64,000 nt of DNA. It comes from an uncultured Natronomonas sp. Its GTDB lineage: Archaea; Halobacteriota; Halobacteria; Halobacteriales; Haloarculaceae. Made by a program: the position numbers and the translations under genes. The stretch covers positions 391 to 64,390 of the forward strand of contig CAZATR010000001.1 in NCBI GenBank assembly GCA_964488035.1, written 5' to 3'. A model generated the notes under the pieces. It ran no database searches. It was not told the origin of the DNA and saw only the letters and a program-made list of their open reading frames with translations. Below are positions 28,397-37,834 of the stretch, piece after piece. Numbering within the stretch: the stretch's first letter is position 1; each line of letters begins with the position of its first letter.

Positions 28397-29521
28397 CTAT
28401 CGGTCCGACAGTTCGACCTGGACCGCGGGCGACGTCGCCTCGACCAGGTCGGTCGCCGCGGCCTCCGCGACCTCTTCGGGTGTGACCGCCGCGGTCCGCC
28501 ACGGCGGCAGCCTCGTGTCCGGGCCGGGCGGCCCGACGGCGTCGGCGTAGTGGTCGGCCTGCCCGAGTTCCGCCTCGCGGTCGTACTCCAGGTCGTTGAA
28601 CGCCGCGTCGAGTTCGTACCGGTCGACCGCCCGCTCGACGGCCGCGCGGTACCGACCCTGCAACGTCTCGTAGTCGGGGTCGCCGCCGTTCTCCGCGACC
28701 GCCCGCAGCAGCGCGTCGCCGACATGCTCGGCCATGTCCGCGAGCCCGCTGGGCCCCGAGACCGACCGGTGGTCGTGCTCGTGGATGCCGAGGTCGACCT
28801 GCGCCGATCCCTCGTCGCCGGCGAGCCGATACGCCTCGCCGAGGGTGCCGACCTCCAGGCCCCAGTCGCGCTGCATCCGCATCCCGCGGGCCAGCGGTGC
28901 CGTCATAGCGAACTCGCCGGCCAGCGCGTACCGGAACGCCCCGAGGAACTCGACGATCCCGGCCTCCGAGTCCCGTGACAGCGCCTCGACCAACGGTCGG
29001 TAGAACAGTCTGAACAGCCGGCCGTACAGCCGGTCGTTCTCGACGCGGGCGTAGTAGCCCTTCGAGAACGCGTGGCCGTTCGCCAGCGGGTACAGCAGCT
29101 TGGGGACGTGGCGGGCGTCGTAGGTCGTCGCGTCGGCGTCGTGGACGACGACGTACTCGCTCTCGGCGGCAAGCCCGACGGCGAGCCAGACGTCCCGGCC
29201 CTTCCCCCGGACACCGGCGAGGCCGGCCTCGGCGAGGAGGTCGGCCAGCCGCGGTCCGTCGCACCACAGCAGTTCCAGCGGCAGGTCGAAGCCGGTGAGC
29301 CACTCGGCGACGTCGCCGACCCGGTCGCGGTCGGCCCGCAACGGCACGACCACGCGGCCCGGGGCGACCGTCTCCAGTTTCGACAGCACGCGCTCGGCGG
29401 CCAGGCCGGCCTGCTCCCGTTCGGTCATCGGGACGACGACGGCGGCCTCGTTCGTCGGCGCATCGGGGGTCGCGCCGTCGAAGTCGTGGAGGGTCGTCAC
29501 CAGGTCGTGGACGTACTCCAT
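28397..29521 (-). CDS. glycosyltransferase family 2 (glucosyl-3-phosphoglycerate synthase-like)
   Basis: GKGRDVW, VVHDAD, FSKGYYAR, LYGRLFRLF, YALAGEFA, WGLEVGTL, QVDLG.HEHDH. Confidence 0.85.
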   Translation of the reverse strand: MEYVHDLVTTLHDFDGATPDAPTNEAAVVVPMTEREQAGLAAERVLSKLETVAPGRVVVPLRADRDRVGDVAEWLTGFDLPLELLWCDGPRLADLLAEAGLAGVRGKGRDVWLAVGLAAESEYVVVHDADATTYDARHVPKLLYPLANGHAFSKGYYARVENDRLYGRLFRLFYRPLVEALSRDSEAGIVEFLGAFRYALAGEFAMTAPLARGMRMQRDWGLEVGTLGEAYRLAGDEGSAQVDLGIHEHDHRSVSGPSGLADMAEHVGDALLRAVAENGGDPDYETLQGRYRAAVERAVDRYELDAAFNDLEYDREAELGQADHYADAVGPPGPDTRLPPWRTAAVTPEEVAEAAATDLVEATSPAVQVELSDR

Positions 29522-29645
29522 CGACCCCAGGTAACGGGTGGACCCGCAAAAGTTCAGCCGTTCCGGCACGCGCTGCCCGCTCGAGGACCAGCACGGGCGA
29601 ATCCACGAGCCACCTCTCCGCGTCGCCGCCACGTCGGCCGACCGG

Positions 29646-30836
29646 TCAGGCTGCGGTGCGGGTCTCCCGGCCGCCGACCGGAAGCCGGCCAGCGGCGTAG
29701 AGCGCGAACAGGCAGAGGAGGACGACGCCGACAATCGCGGCCACGGCCCGGAACGCGACGGTGTAGCCGACGCCGCCGGCGACGGCGGTTCCGACGGTGC
29801 CGGAGCCGAACGCCTGGACGAACATCATCGACCCGGAGTACACCGAGTAGGCGCTCGCGCGATGGTGGTCGGGGAGCGACGACAGCATGTAGGCGTCCGC
29901 GGCGGGGAACAAACCGTGGACGGCGTAGCCGAGGGCGATGCTGACGGCCGCGACCACCAGCAGGCCCTCGGCGACGGTGAGCGCGAGGACGCCGACGACC
30001 GTGGCGGCGACCAGCGCGAGCAGCAGCGGGACGTTCGGGACGCGGTCGGCGAGCCGGCCGGTGACGACGAAGGCGGGGACGCCGGCGGCGAACATCAGCG
30101 ACAAAAGCGTCCGGCCGGTCGCGGGGTCGATGCCCTTGGCGACCTCGAGGTAGTCGCCGTAGAGGTTGAACGTCGCGTTCCACAGGAAGCCGGCGGCGCC
30201 GAGAAAGGCGATGCCGGTGAGGATGATCGGCCACTGGGCGCGGGCGGCCTGCCGGAGGCTCCGGTCCTCGCGGCCGGCGTCGGGGAGGTCGGTCCGGCGG
30301 GCGGCGACGACGAGGATGAGGGTGGCGGCCGCCGCGATGGCGGCGATACAGAGGAACGTCGTCCGCCAGTCGCCGACCAGCAGGATGGCGCTGACGGCAA
30401 GCGGTGCGCCGACGGCCGCGAGTTGGCTCGCCATGCCGTGGACGCCGATGGCGCGGCCGAGCCGCTCGGGGAACAACTCGCTCACCAGCGGGTTGGCAGC
30501 GATGAAGTACATCCCGCTGGAGCACCCCATGAGGAACGCGCCGACGGCGAGGTGGAGCCGCGAATCGGAGAGCGCCGTGAACACCGACGTCCCCACCAGG
30601 AGCGCGCCGGTCGACGCGACGACGCGATGGCGGTCGACCCGGGTGAGGACGAAGCCGGTCGGGAGCCTGGGGGCGGCGCTGCCGAGCCAGGCGGCGCTGG
30701 TGACGACGCCGAGCGAGGCCGCCGGCACGCCGAGGTCGGCGGCGACCGGCTGGACGAGCGGCGCGAACACCACGCGGGCGGCGTTCACGAGGAACACCAT
30801 CGCACAGAGCGAGCCGAACAGCTCCCGGCGGGACAC
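29646..30836 (-). CDS. MFS transporter
   Basis: About 12 hydrophobic segments, SELFPERLGRAIGVH, GRLADR. GTG start inferred. Confidence 0.88.
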   Translation of the reverse strand: MSRRELFGSLCAMVFLVNAARVVFAPLVQPVAADLGVPAASLGVVTSAAWLGSAAPRLPTGFVLTRVDRHRVVASTGALLVGTSVFTALSDSRLHLAVGAFLMGCSSGMYFIAANPLVSELFPERLGRAIGVHGMASQLAAVGAPLAVSAILLVGDWRTTFLCIAAIAAAATLILVVAARRTDLPDAGREDRSLRQAARAQWPIILTGIAFLGAAGFLWNATFNLYGDYLEVAKGIDPATGRTLLSLMFAAGVPAFVVTGRLADRVPNVPLLLALVAATVVGVLALTVAEGLLVVAAVSIALGYAVHGLFPAADAYMLSSLPDHHRASAYSVYSGSMMFVQAFGSGTVGTAVAGGVGYTVAFRAVAAIVGVVLLCLFALYAAGRLPVGGRETRTAA

Positions 30837-30961
30837 GCCGGTCGTTCGCCGGCGAGCGGCTTGAATGGACCGACACGCGGCCGCTCCGTGCCGCGGTGAC
30901 ACGGTCCGTCCCTCGGCGCCGGCGTGGACGGCCCGAGTCGTGGCAATCCGCTCGCCCCGCG

Positions 30962-32053
30962 TTACTCGAAGACGGCGTCGAACGCGTCGGCGCCCAACGG
31001 CGGATGCGTGCCGGCGGCGACGTTCTCGGCGACGTGGCCGGGCGACCCGGTGCCGACGAGCGCGCAGGTGACGCCCGGGGCGCTGCGGGCGAAGTTGATG
31101 GCGCGCTGGGCCGGCGTCTCACCCGGCAGGGTCGCGTCGACGGCCTCGGGGATGCCGTCCGGGTCGGCGAGGTCGCCCTGCAGCAGCGAGGCCGACGTGA
31201 AGACGTCGAGGCCGGCCGCGCGGGCGAACGCCAGCGCGCTCGCGGGACCGTCTGCCGTCTCGTGGGAGTCCAGGGTGAACGCGTCGGCCATGTGGACGTT
31301 GAACGGGAGCTGGACAGCCCGCAGGTGCGTGCCGGTCGTGCCGGCCCGGTCGCTCGCCCGCCGGGCGCACTCGACGACCTCGGGCAGCGAGAGGTACTTC
31401 TCGTGGTCCGGCGGCACCCGGAACGCCTCCCAGGTGGCGACGCCGTAATGACGGAGGTCGCCCGCGGCGGCCCGTTCCTCCAGCCGCGTGAAGGCGTCCT
31501 CCAGCCGGTCGTACATCGCTTCGCGGTCGAAGCGAGCGAGTTGGGCCTCGGGGTTGTGGACGTAGTAGAGGTCGACCGCGTCGACCTCGAGGTTCGACAG
31601 CGACCGGTCGAGGCTCCACGCGAGGAAGTCTGGATCGATACAGTTGCCCATCACGAGGTCGTCGGCGTCGACGAGACCGGGCGCGACGAACTCGGCCTCG
31701 GTGTAGGTCGCGGCGTCCCGCGGCCGTTCGCCGTCGAACGGGACGAACCCGCCCTTGGTGGCGACCAGGACGGCCTCCCGGTCGACGTCGGCGGCGGCGA
31801 GGGCGTCGCCGACAACCCGTTCGGAGCGCTGGTGGCGGTAGTTAACCGCGGTGTCGACGACGTTGACGCCGGACTCGAACGCCTGGACGAGCGCCTCGCG
31901 GTAGCGGTCGTCCGCGTCGTCGGTCGCGTCGCCGAGGTACGTACCGACGCCGACCGAGGAGACCAGACAGTCGGCGAACCGCCGGAGGTACGTCCGGGCG
32001 AACCGCTCGTGGAAGCGGTCCCGGTAGGCCCGCGTCGCCGCGCTCGTCGCCAT
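30962..32053 (-). CDS. aldo/keto reductase
   Basis: GVGTYLG, DTAVNY...SER..G, VATKGG, DLYYVHNPE, YGVATW, VQLPFN. Confidence 0.92.
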   Translation of the reverse strand: MATSAATRAYRDRFHERFARTYLRRFADCLVSSVGVGTYLGDATDDADDRYREALVQAFESGVNVVDTAVNYRHQRSERVVGDALAAADVDREAVLVATKGGFVPFDGERPRDAATYTEAEFVAPGLVDADDLVMGNCIDPDFLAWSLDRSLSNLEVDAVDLYYVHNPEAQLARFDREAMYDRLEDAFTRLEERAAAGDLRHYGVATWEAFRVPPDHEKYLSLPEVVECARRASDRAGTTGTHLRAVQLPFNVHMADAFTLDSHETADGPASALAFARAAGLDVFTSASLLQGDLADPDGIPEAVDATLPGETPAQRAINFARSAPGVTCALVGTGSPGHVAENVAAGTHPPLGADAFDAVFE

Positions 32054-32171
32054 GGGGTACGGTTGGCCGGTCGGATACAAAAACGTCCCCTCGCCGAGGG
32101 GACGCCCGGCTCCAGGACGGCGTCGGGCGGGCCGCGGCGCGGGGCCGGCGGTCGCGTGGCGACCGCCTGGG

Positions 32172-32294
32172 TCAATCGCAGACGATGCAGGTCGACTCGC
32201 GGGCCACGGGATCCCAGGTGAGGGTGCCCTCGTTGCAGTCGGGACAGGGCGCGAAGCTGGCGGAACGGACGGTCGGTGACGGATCTACTGACAT
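32172..32294 (-). CDS. small CPxC-type zinc-finger micro-protein (40 aa)
   Basis: MSVDPSPTVRSASFAPCPDCNEGTLTWDPVARESTCIVCD has two CxxC pairs; a very AT-rich promoter-like region lies upstream (32300-32420). Confidence 0.6.
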   Translation of the reverse strand: MSVDPSPTVRSASFAPCPDCNEGTLTWDPVARESTCIVCD

Positions 32295-32474
32295 ACATGT
32301 ACGAACATCCATTGATATCCTAAAAACATTCCTATTAAGGGTGTAATAGCGCATATACCCCCGTACTATTCATAATATACCTCTAGTCAGTATTCGATTG
32401 CCCAACCAGAATATACTCGAGTGGATCCGAGAGTACCTCGCGCCTACCGGCTGTCCGTCGAGGCCCCGGCGCCG

Positions 32475-32984
32475 CTACCCCGACCGTACCTCGTCGGCCA
32501 CGTCGGCGAGCGTTCCGTACTCCGCGCCCGAGTACGCGATCACGCGGACGTCGGACAGCGTCGACGGCTCGAAGGCGTCGATCTCCTCACAGATGAACCG
32601 GGTGCCCTGCTCGAAGTCGAACCCTGCGGCGCCGGTCCCGAAGACGGGGAGTACGACCGATTCGCAGTCCAGATCCTCGGCCTCTACGAGGGCGTTCCGC
32701 GTCGCCGCTCGGATGCTCTCCTCGGTCGCCCGGCCGTCCCCGTAGTGCGGCATCGCCGCCGCGTGGATGACGTAGTCGGCGTCGAGTTCGAACGCGTCAG
32801 TGACCGCGACCTCGCCGAGATCGATCGGGCCCTTCGAGACGACCGCTTCGTTGATCGGGCCCTCGGCACCCCGACGAAGCGCCCCGGCGACGCCGCTGCC
32901 CATCTGCAGGCTCGTCCCGGCCGCGTTCACGAATGCGTCGGCCTCCTGTTCGGCGATATCGCCCTGGATGACGGTGAACTCCAT
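32475..32984 (-). CDS. macro domain protein (ADP-ribose binding/hydrolase)
   Basis: QGDIA, VNAAGTSLQMGSGVAGA, VIHAA, PVFGTGAAG. Confidence 0.92.
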   Translation of the reverse strand: MEFTVIQGDIAEQEADAFVNAAGTSLQMGSGVAGALRRGAEGPINEAVVSKGPIDLGEVAVTDAFELDADYVIHAAAMPHYGDGRATEESIRAATRNALVEAEDLDCESVVLPVFGTGAAGFDFEQGTRFICEEIDAFEPSTLSDVRVIAYSGAEYGTLADVADEVRSG

Positions 32985-33102
32985 ACCCTGGGTACGGCGC
33001 GCGGCCACAAAAGACACACCGGCGCCGGACCGCGTCGCGTCTCGGTGCGTTCCCGCGGTGCCGCCGTTGCCGCTACGTCGACGCACGCCGCCGTGGCCGG
33101 CC

Positions 33103-34269
33103 TCAGAGTTCCCCGTTCATCGCGGCGAACAGCCGCGCCTCGAGTTCCTGCGGGGCCTCCTCGTCCTCGACGGCGTCGGGCAGCCCGACCGTGCCGCCGT
33201 CCGGGAGCGGGATCTGGCCGCCGCCCATGCGGGCGTGGCCGCCGGCACTGGCTTCGGGGAAGCTGCCGAAGGCCGCATCGAGGGCCTTCCCCATGTGGAC
33301 GCGGTCGTCGCGGGAGCGACCGGAGGCGTGCAGCGTGCCGTTCCGCTCGCCGGTGACGACGGCCGCGGTGACGCCCTCGAGGCGGACGAGTTCCTCGACG
33401 GCCGTCGGGAGCGCGTCGGTGTTGTCGACGCGGCCGACGTGGCTGACGAGGAAGGAGCCGTCGACCTCCCGTCGCTGGATCGCCGTCGCCTTCACGTCCA
33501 GCGTCTCGCCGTCGACCTGCGGGTTCGCGATCCGGTCCAGCGAGTCCGCGTCCGCGGCGGGGAAGAGGTAGGCCGCGGCGTCGAACTCGGCCGGGGTACA
33601 GCCGCGCGTGAACGACGTGGTGTCGGACTGGATGCCGTACAGCAGCGCGGTCGCCAGCCGGGCGGGGAGCCGGCGGTCGTCGGTCCGGGTGTCGTAGCCC
33701 TGGTCGCGGAGGTACTCCGTGAAGATGCTCGCACACGAGCCCCGATCCGGGCGGACGTCGGTGAACGCCCGGCCGACGCCGTCGCCGGGGTGGTGGTCGA
33801 CGACCGCGTGCGGCTCGATGCCCTCCGCGCCCGCGAAGCCGCGCGGCTCGTTGTGGTCGACGAGCACGACGTGGTCGGCCGCAAGATCGATGTCGGTCAC
33901 GATCCGGTCGAACTCGCACTCCAGGACGGTCTCGAAGGCGCGGTTCTCCGGGTGGCGGATCTGGCCGGCGTACTGGATGGTCGCGTCGGTGTCGACGGAT
34001 TCGGCCAGCGCCGCGGCCGCCAGCGCCGACGCCATCGCGTCCGGGTCCGGGTTGGGATGCATGAGGACGGCCACCTCGTCGCACTTCCCCACGGCCGCGA
34101 CGAACCGATCCCCCTTCGTGCGGGTGAGCCGCCGCAGCAGATAGACCAGCGCGACGAGCCCGAGCACGGCCGCGAGCACGAGCCCGGCCGCCAGCACGGG
34201 TTGCTGGAGCAGCTGGTCCAGCAGCCGCATGCCGACGGTGACCGCCTCGTCGGCCACGCGGTTCTGCAT
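33103..34269 (-). CDS. DHH family phosphoesterase with N-terminal membrane anchor
   Basis: HPNPDPDA, LVDH, VDHH, GIQSDT, SGRS, AGGH..MGGG. Confidence 0.92.
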   Translation of the reverse strand: MQNRVADEAVTVGMRLLDQLLQQPVLAAGLVLAAVLGLVALVYLLRRLTRTKGDRFVAAVGKCDEVAVLMHPNPDPDAMASALAAAALAESVDTDATIQYAGQIRHPENRAFETVLECEFDRIVTDIDLAADHVVLVDHNEPRGFAGAEGIEPHAVVDHHPGDGVGRAFTDVRPDRGSCASIFTEYLRDQGYDTRTDDRRLPARLATALLYGIQSDTTSFTRGCTPAEFDAAAYLFPAADADSLDRIANPQVDGETLDVKATAIQRREVDGSFLVSHVGRVDNTDALPTAVEELVRLEGVTAAVVTGERNGTLHASGRSRDDRVHMGKALDAAFGSFPEASAGGHARMGGGQIPLPDGGTVGLPDAVEDEEAPQELEARLFAAMNGEL

Positions 34270-34314
34270 ACCCCTCACTTGACCCCCGGTGGGATAAGTT
34301 TCTTCGGGACCGTC

Positions 34315-35187
34315 TCAGCAGCGCGCCTCGATCGCCGCCCGGTAGCCCTCGCGGAACGTCGGGTACCGGAACTCGTAGCCGAGCGCCCGCAGGCGGTCGT
34401 TCGAACAGCGCTTGCTCGTCGCGATTCGGCGTCGCGCGGTCTCGCTCAGGTCAGCCTCGAGCCGCTCGCCTTTGGGTTGCTTGGGGGGCCGCGCGAGATC
34501 GCACTCGTCGGCGAGCCAGTCCGCGAACGTCCACTTCTCGATCGGTTCGTCGTCCACTGCCAGCAGCAAGTCGGCGTCCGTCGACTCGAGCATGAACCGG
34601 ACCACCCCGGCGGCGTCCTCACGGTGGATCATGTTCAGGTATCCTTCGGTGACCGGGCCCTCCAGGTACCGATCGAGCCGGTACCGGCCCGGACCGTATA
34701 GCCCGGCGAGTCGGGCGACGCCGCCGTCCATGCCGTACTCGGCCGGCAGCTCGCGCGCGACCCGTTCGGCCTCGGCCAGCACCCGGGGCTTCTCCGTCGT
34801 CGGCTCGATCGGCGTGTCCTCGTCGACCCAGGCGCCGTCGTGGTCCCCATAGACGCCCGTGCTCGAGGTGTACACCAGTTGCTCGGGCGGCGACTCGCGG
34901 GCGCCGAACGTCTCGATGACCGTGCGCAGGCCGTCGACGTAGACCGTTCGGGCGGCGTCGGCGTCGCGGCCGCCCGCGGAGGCGGCGAACACGACGGCGT
35001 CGACGTCCGGTACCGCCGCGAGGCTCGCCGCGTCGGTCACGTCCGCCCGGACCGCATCGGCACCGGTTTCCTCGACGGCCGCGAGTCCGTCGTCGGAGCG
35101 GCGAACACCGACCACGTCGTGGGCCGGCTGGAGCTGCCGGGCGAGTTCGAGGCCGACGTAGCCGCAACCGAGGATGGCGACGCGCAT
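34315..35187 (-). CDS. NAD-dependent epimerase/dehydratase (atypical SDR)
   Basis: MRVAILGCGYVG, YTSSTGVYGD, RLAGLYGPGR, NMIHREDAA, YPTFREG. Confidence 0.9.
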   Translation of the reverse strand: MRVAILGCGYVGLELARQLQPAHDVVGVRRSDDGLAAVEETGADAVRADVTDAASLAAVPDVDAVVFAASAGGRDADAARTVYVDGLRTVIETFGARESPPEQLVYTSSTGVYGDHDGAWVDEDTPIEPTTEKPRVLAEAERVARELPAEYGMDGGVARLAGLYGPGRYRLDRYLEGPVTEGYLNMIHREDAAGVVRFMLESTDADLLLAVDDEPIEKWTFADWLADECDLARPPKQPKGERLEADLSETARRRIATSKRCSNDRLRALGYEFRYPTFREGYRAAIEARC

Positions 35188-35189
35188 CG

Positions 35190-35615
35190 CTATGTTTTGC
35201 TCTCGATGTACTGCTGGAGGAGCGCGAACTCCGCGAGCGTCATCGGGAACCGGCCCTCGACCTTCGACTGGATCTCGCGGGCCTCCAACGCCCCGTCGAG
35301 CCCGGACTCGACGGCCTCGACGTCCAGCACGGCCGTCGTCATCCCCATCAGCAGCGCGTCTCGGGACATGGCCGCGATCGTGTCGGCGTCCGGCGCGTCC
35401 GGCTGGACCGCGAGGACGGCGGCCGCCTCCTCCAGCGTGAGCTCGGGCGACTCGCCGTCCATCAAAGCCTGCAGGGTCGACGCTGCGACCCCCGCGTCGG
35501 CGGCGACCGCGTCGACGCCGTGGGCCTCGATGACGTCGCGGAGGGCCGCCCGGTACCGCTCCAATAGATCCGCCGGCGTCAGCGACCCGGGGTCGTCGGC
35601 CATCTCGTGGAACAT
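35190..35615 (-). CDS. conserved haloarchaeal hypothetical protein (DUF5791-like)
   Basis: LLMGMTTAVLDVEAV...EIQSKVEGRFPMTLAEFA; co-oriented 2 bp upstream of the SDR gene. Confidence 0.75.
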   Translation of the reverse strand: MFHEMADDPGSLTPADLLERYRAALRDVIEAHGVDAVAADAGVAASTLQALMDGESPELTLEEAAAVLAVQPDAPDADTIAAMSRDALLMGMTTAVLDVEAVESGLDGALEAREIQSKVEGRFPMTLAEFALLQQYIESKT

Positions 35616-35889
35616 ACGAATACCCGACGGAACGCCCTCTCGACCCGTAAGCCTCCCGGTCCCGGCCGACGGCGGCACGGATGGAGCCCAACCGTTGGGG
35701 TGGGTGTCGCGACCACGACCGGCAGTCGTCGGCAGGATCGGTGACCGCCCCGGGCGGGGGCGAACGTGGAAGCGGCCCTCCCAGCGCCGCGACGATCATC
35801 GGCCCGACGCCGCCCGGCGTCGATGGCTGCTCCACCGAGGCCCGAATTACCGAAACCGCAACCTACTAAGGTGAACCCACTAAACTATG

Positions 35890-35907
35890 GATTAGACGAG
35901 TCTAATC
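35890..35907. promoter_or_regulatory. perfect inverted repeat GATTAGAC-GA-GTCTAATC, candidate DtxR/SirR-family metal operator
   Basis: 8-bp perfect arms 20 bp upstream of the metal ABC operon; the TTAG-N6-CTAA core resembles DtxR-family boxes. Confidence 0.65.
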
Positions 35908-35927
35908 GAGGGTTTTGACACCCGATC

Positions 35928-37007
35928 ATGTCACGCGATCTATTCGACGGTCGAGCGGTCACGCGACGGAACGCACTCCACGCCGGCGGTGCGGCAGCAC
36001 TTGCAGGGCTGGCGGGGTGTACGGCACTGCCGAGTGCACCGGGACAGGCCGGCAACGAAAATGGCGGCAACGACGGGCCGGTCGCCGTTGCCTCGTTCTT
36101 CAGCTTCTTCGACTTCGGCCGGCAGATCGCCGACGGGACCCCGCTGACGGTGGAGAACCTCGTCCCGACGGGGCTGCACGGCCACGGCTGGGAGCCCAAC
36201 GCCAGCATCACCCAGCGCATCATCGAGGCGGACGCCTTCGTCCACGTCGGCGAGGACTTCCAGCCGTGGGCCGACCGCGCCATCCGGACGATCGAGGGCG
36301 ACGACGTCGACACCGCACTCATCAACGTCCGGACGGGTATCGAACTCGAGGACCTCGCGGCGTCCCTCGACCGCGAGGAGGAGGGCGTCGGCGCCCAGCG
36401 CGGCAAGGACCCCCACTTCTGGCTCGACCCCCGACGCGCCACGCAGTCCGTCGACAACATCGCCGACGGCTTCGCCGACCTCCTCCCCGAGCACGCCGAC
36501 GCGTTCCGCGAGAACGCCGAGACCTACAAGGCCCAGGTCCTTGAGCGCATCGACGCCGACTACGAAGCGATCTTCGACCGCGCCGAGCGCGACATCGTCC
36601 AGCTGGCCGCCCACAACGCCTTCCAGTACATCGGCGTCCGCTACGGCGTCCGGATGCGCCCGCTGGTCACGAACCTCGCCGCCAGCGGCGACGTCAAACC
36701 CGCGGACATCCGCGAGGCCGCCCGGGTCATCCGCGAGAACGACATCCGCTACGTCGCCAACGGCGTCTTCGAGTCCCAGCGACCGGCCCAGCAGCTCGTC
36801 CGCGAGACCGCCGTCGAGGCGTACTTCCCCGTGACGCCGTACGCCGGCGTCCGGGAGGAATGGGTCGAGGAACAGTGGGGCTACGAGGAGATCGCCTACA
36901 ACATCAACATGCCCACCTTCGAGATCGTGCTCGGCAACGAGCCCCCCGAACGGGCGGCCCCGTCGCCGGCCTGGCTCGACGAATGGCGGAACTTCGAACC
37001 GATATGA
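35928..37007 (+). CDS. Zn/Mn ABC transporter substrate-binding lipoprotein (ZnuA/TroA family)
   Basis: Tat plus lipobox (TRRNAL...LAGC), HGHGWEP, DPHFWLDP, AHNAFQY. Confidence 0.92.
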   Translation: MSRDLFDGRAVTRRNALHAGGAAALAGLAGCTALPSAPGQAGNENGGNDGPVAVASFFSFFDFGRQIADGTPLTVENLVPTGLHGHGWEPNASITQRIIEADAFVHVGEDFQPWADRAIRTIEGDDVDTALINVRTGIELEDLAASLDREEEGVGAQRGKDPHFWLDPRRATQSVDNIADGFADLLPEHADAFRENAETYKAQVLERIDADYEAIFDRAERDIVQLAAHNAFQYIGVRYGVRMRPLVTNLAASGDVKPADIREAARVIRENDIRYVANGVFESQRPAQQLVRETAVEAYFPVTPYAGVREEWVEEQWGYEEIAYNINMPTFEIVLGNEPPERAAPSPAWLDEWRNFEPI

Positions 37008-37834
37008 ACACGTCCGATCACGACACCACGGCGGCGACGGGAACCGATCCGGCTGACCAACCGGGGACCGAGACGGACCCGGCCGCCGCGGCGCCGGAGC
37101 CGGTCGTCGACCTCGCGGACGTCACCTTCGGCTACACCGCGACGCCCGTGGTCGAGAACGTCTCCCTGACGGTCGACCCCGGCGAGTACGTCGCCATCGT
37201 CGGACCGAACGGCTCCGGGAAGTCGACGCTGATGCAGCTCGCGTTGGGACTGCTCGAGCCCGACGCGGGCACGGCCCGGCTGTTCGCCGAGCCCGCCGAC
37301 CGCTTCGACGACGGCGAACGCGTCGGCTACGTCGCACAGACCGCCAACGCCGCCAAGGCGATGCCCATAACCGTCCGCGAGGTGGTGAAGATGGGTCGCT
37401 TCCCGCACGTCGGGTTCGGCCGGCTCTCGAGCGAGGACTGGGCCATCGTCGACGACGCCCTGGAGACCGTCGGGATGGTCGCGTTCGCCGACCGGCGCAT
37501 CACGGCGCTGTCGGGCGGCCAGCGCCAGCGCGCGTTCATCGCCCGCGCCCTCGCGGGCGAGGCCGACCTGCTCGTCCTCGACGAGCCGACCGTCGGCGTC
37601 GACGCCGAATCCGTCGACGCCTTCTACGATCTGTTGGCGTCCCTGAACGCCGAGGGCATCACCGTCCTCCTCATCGAGCACGACCTCGGGGCGGTCGTCG
37701 AACACGCCGACCGCGTCGTCTGTCTCAACCGCGAGGTGTACTTCGACGGCCCGACCGACGCGTTCGTCGACAGCGACGCCCTGGCCCGGGCGTTCGGCAC
37801 CGAGGCCCGGTTCCTCGCGGGGGTGGACGAATGA
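37004..37834 (+). CDS. metal ABC transporter ATP-binding protein
   Basis: GPNGSGKST, LSGGQRQR, LVLDEP, IEHD. ATGA overlap with the upstream gene. Confidence 0.95.
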   Translation: MNTSDHDTTAATGTDPADQPGTETDPAAAAPEPVVDLADVTFGYTATPVVENVSLTVDPGEYVAIVGPNGSGKSTLMQLALGLLEPDAGTARLFAEPADRFDDGERVGYVAQTANAAKAMPITVREVVKMGRFPHVGFGRLSSEDWAIVDDALETVGMVAFADRRITALSGGQRQRAFIARALAGEADLLVLDEPTVGVDAESVDAFYDLLASLNAEGITVLLIEHDLGAVVEHADRVVCLNREVYFDGPTDAFVDSDALARAFGTEARFLAGVDE

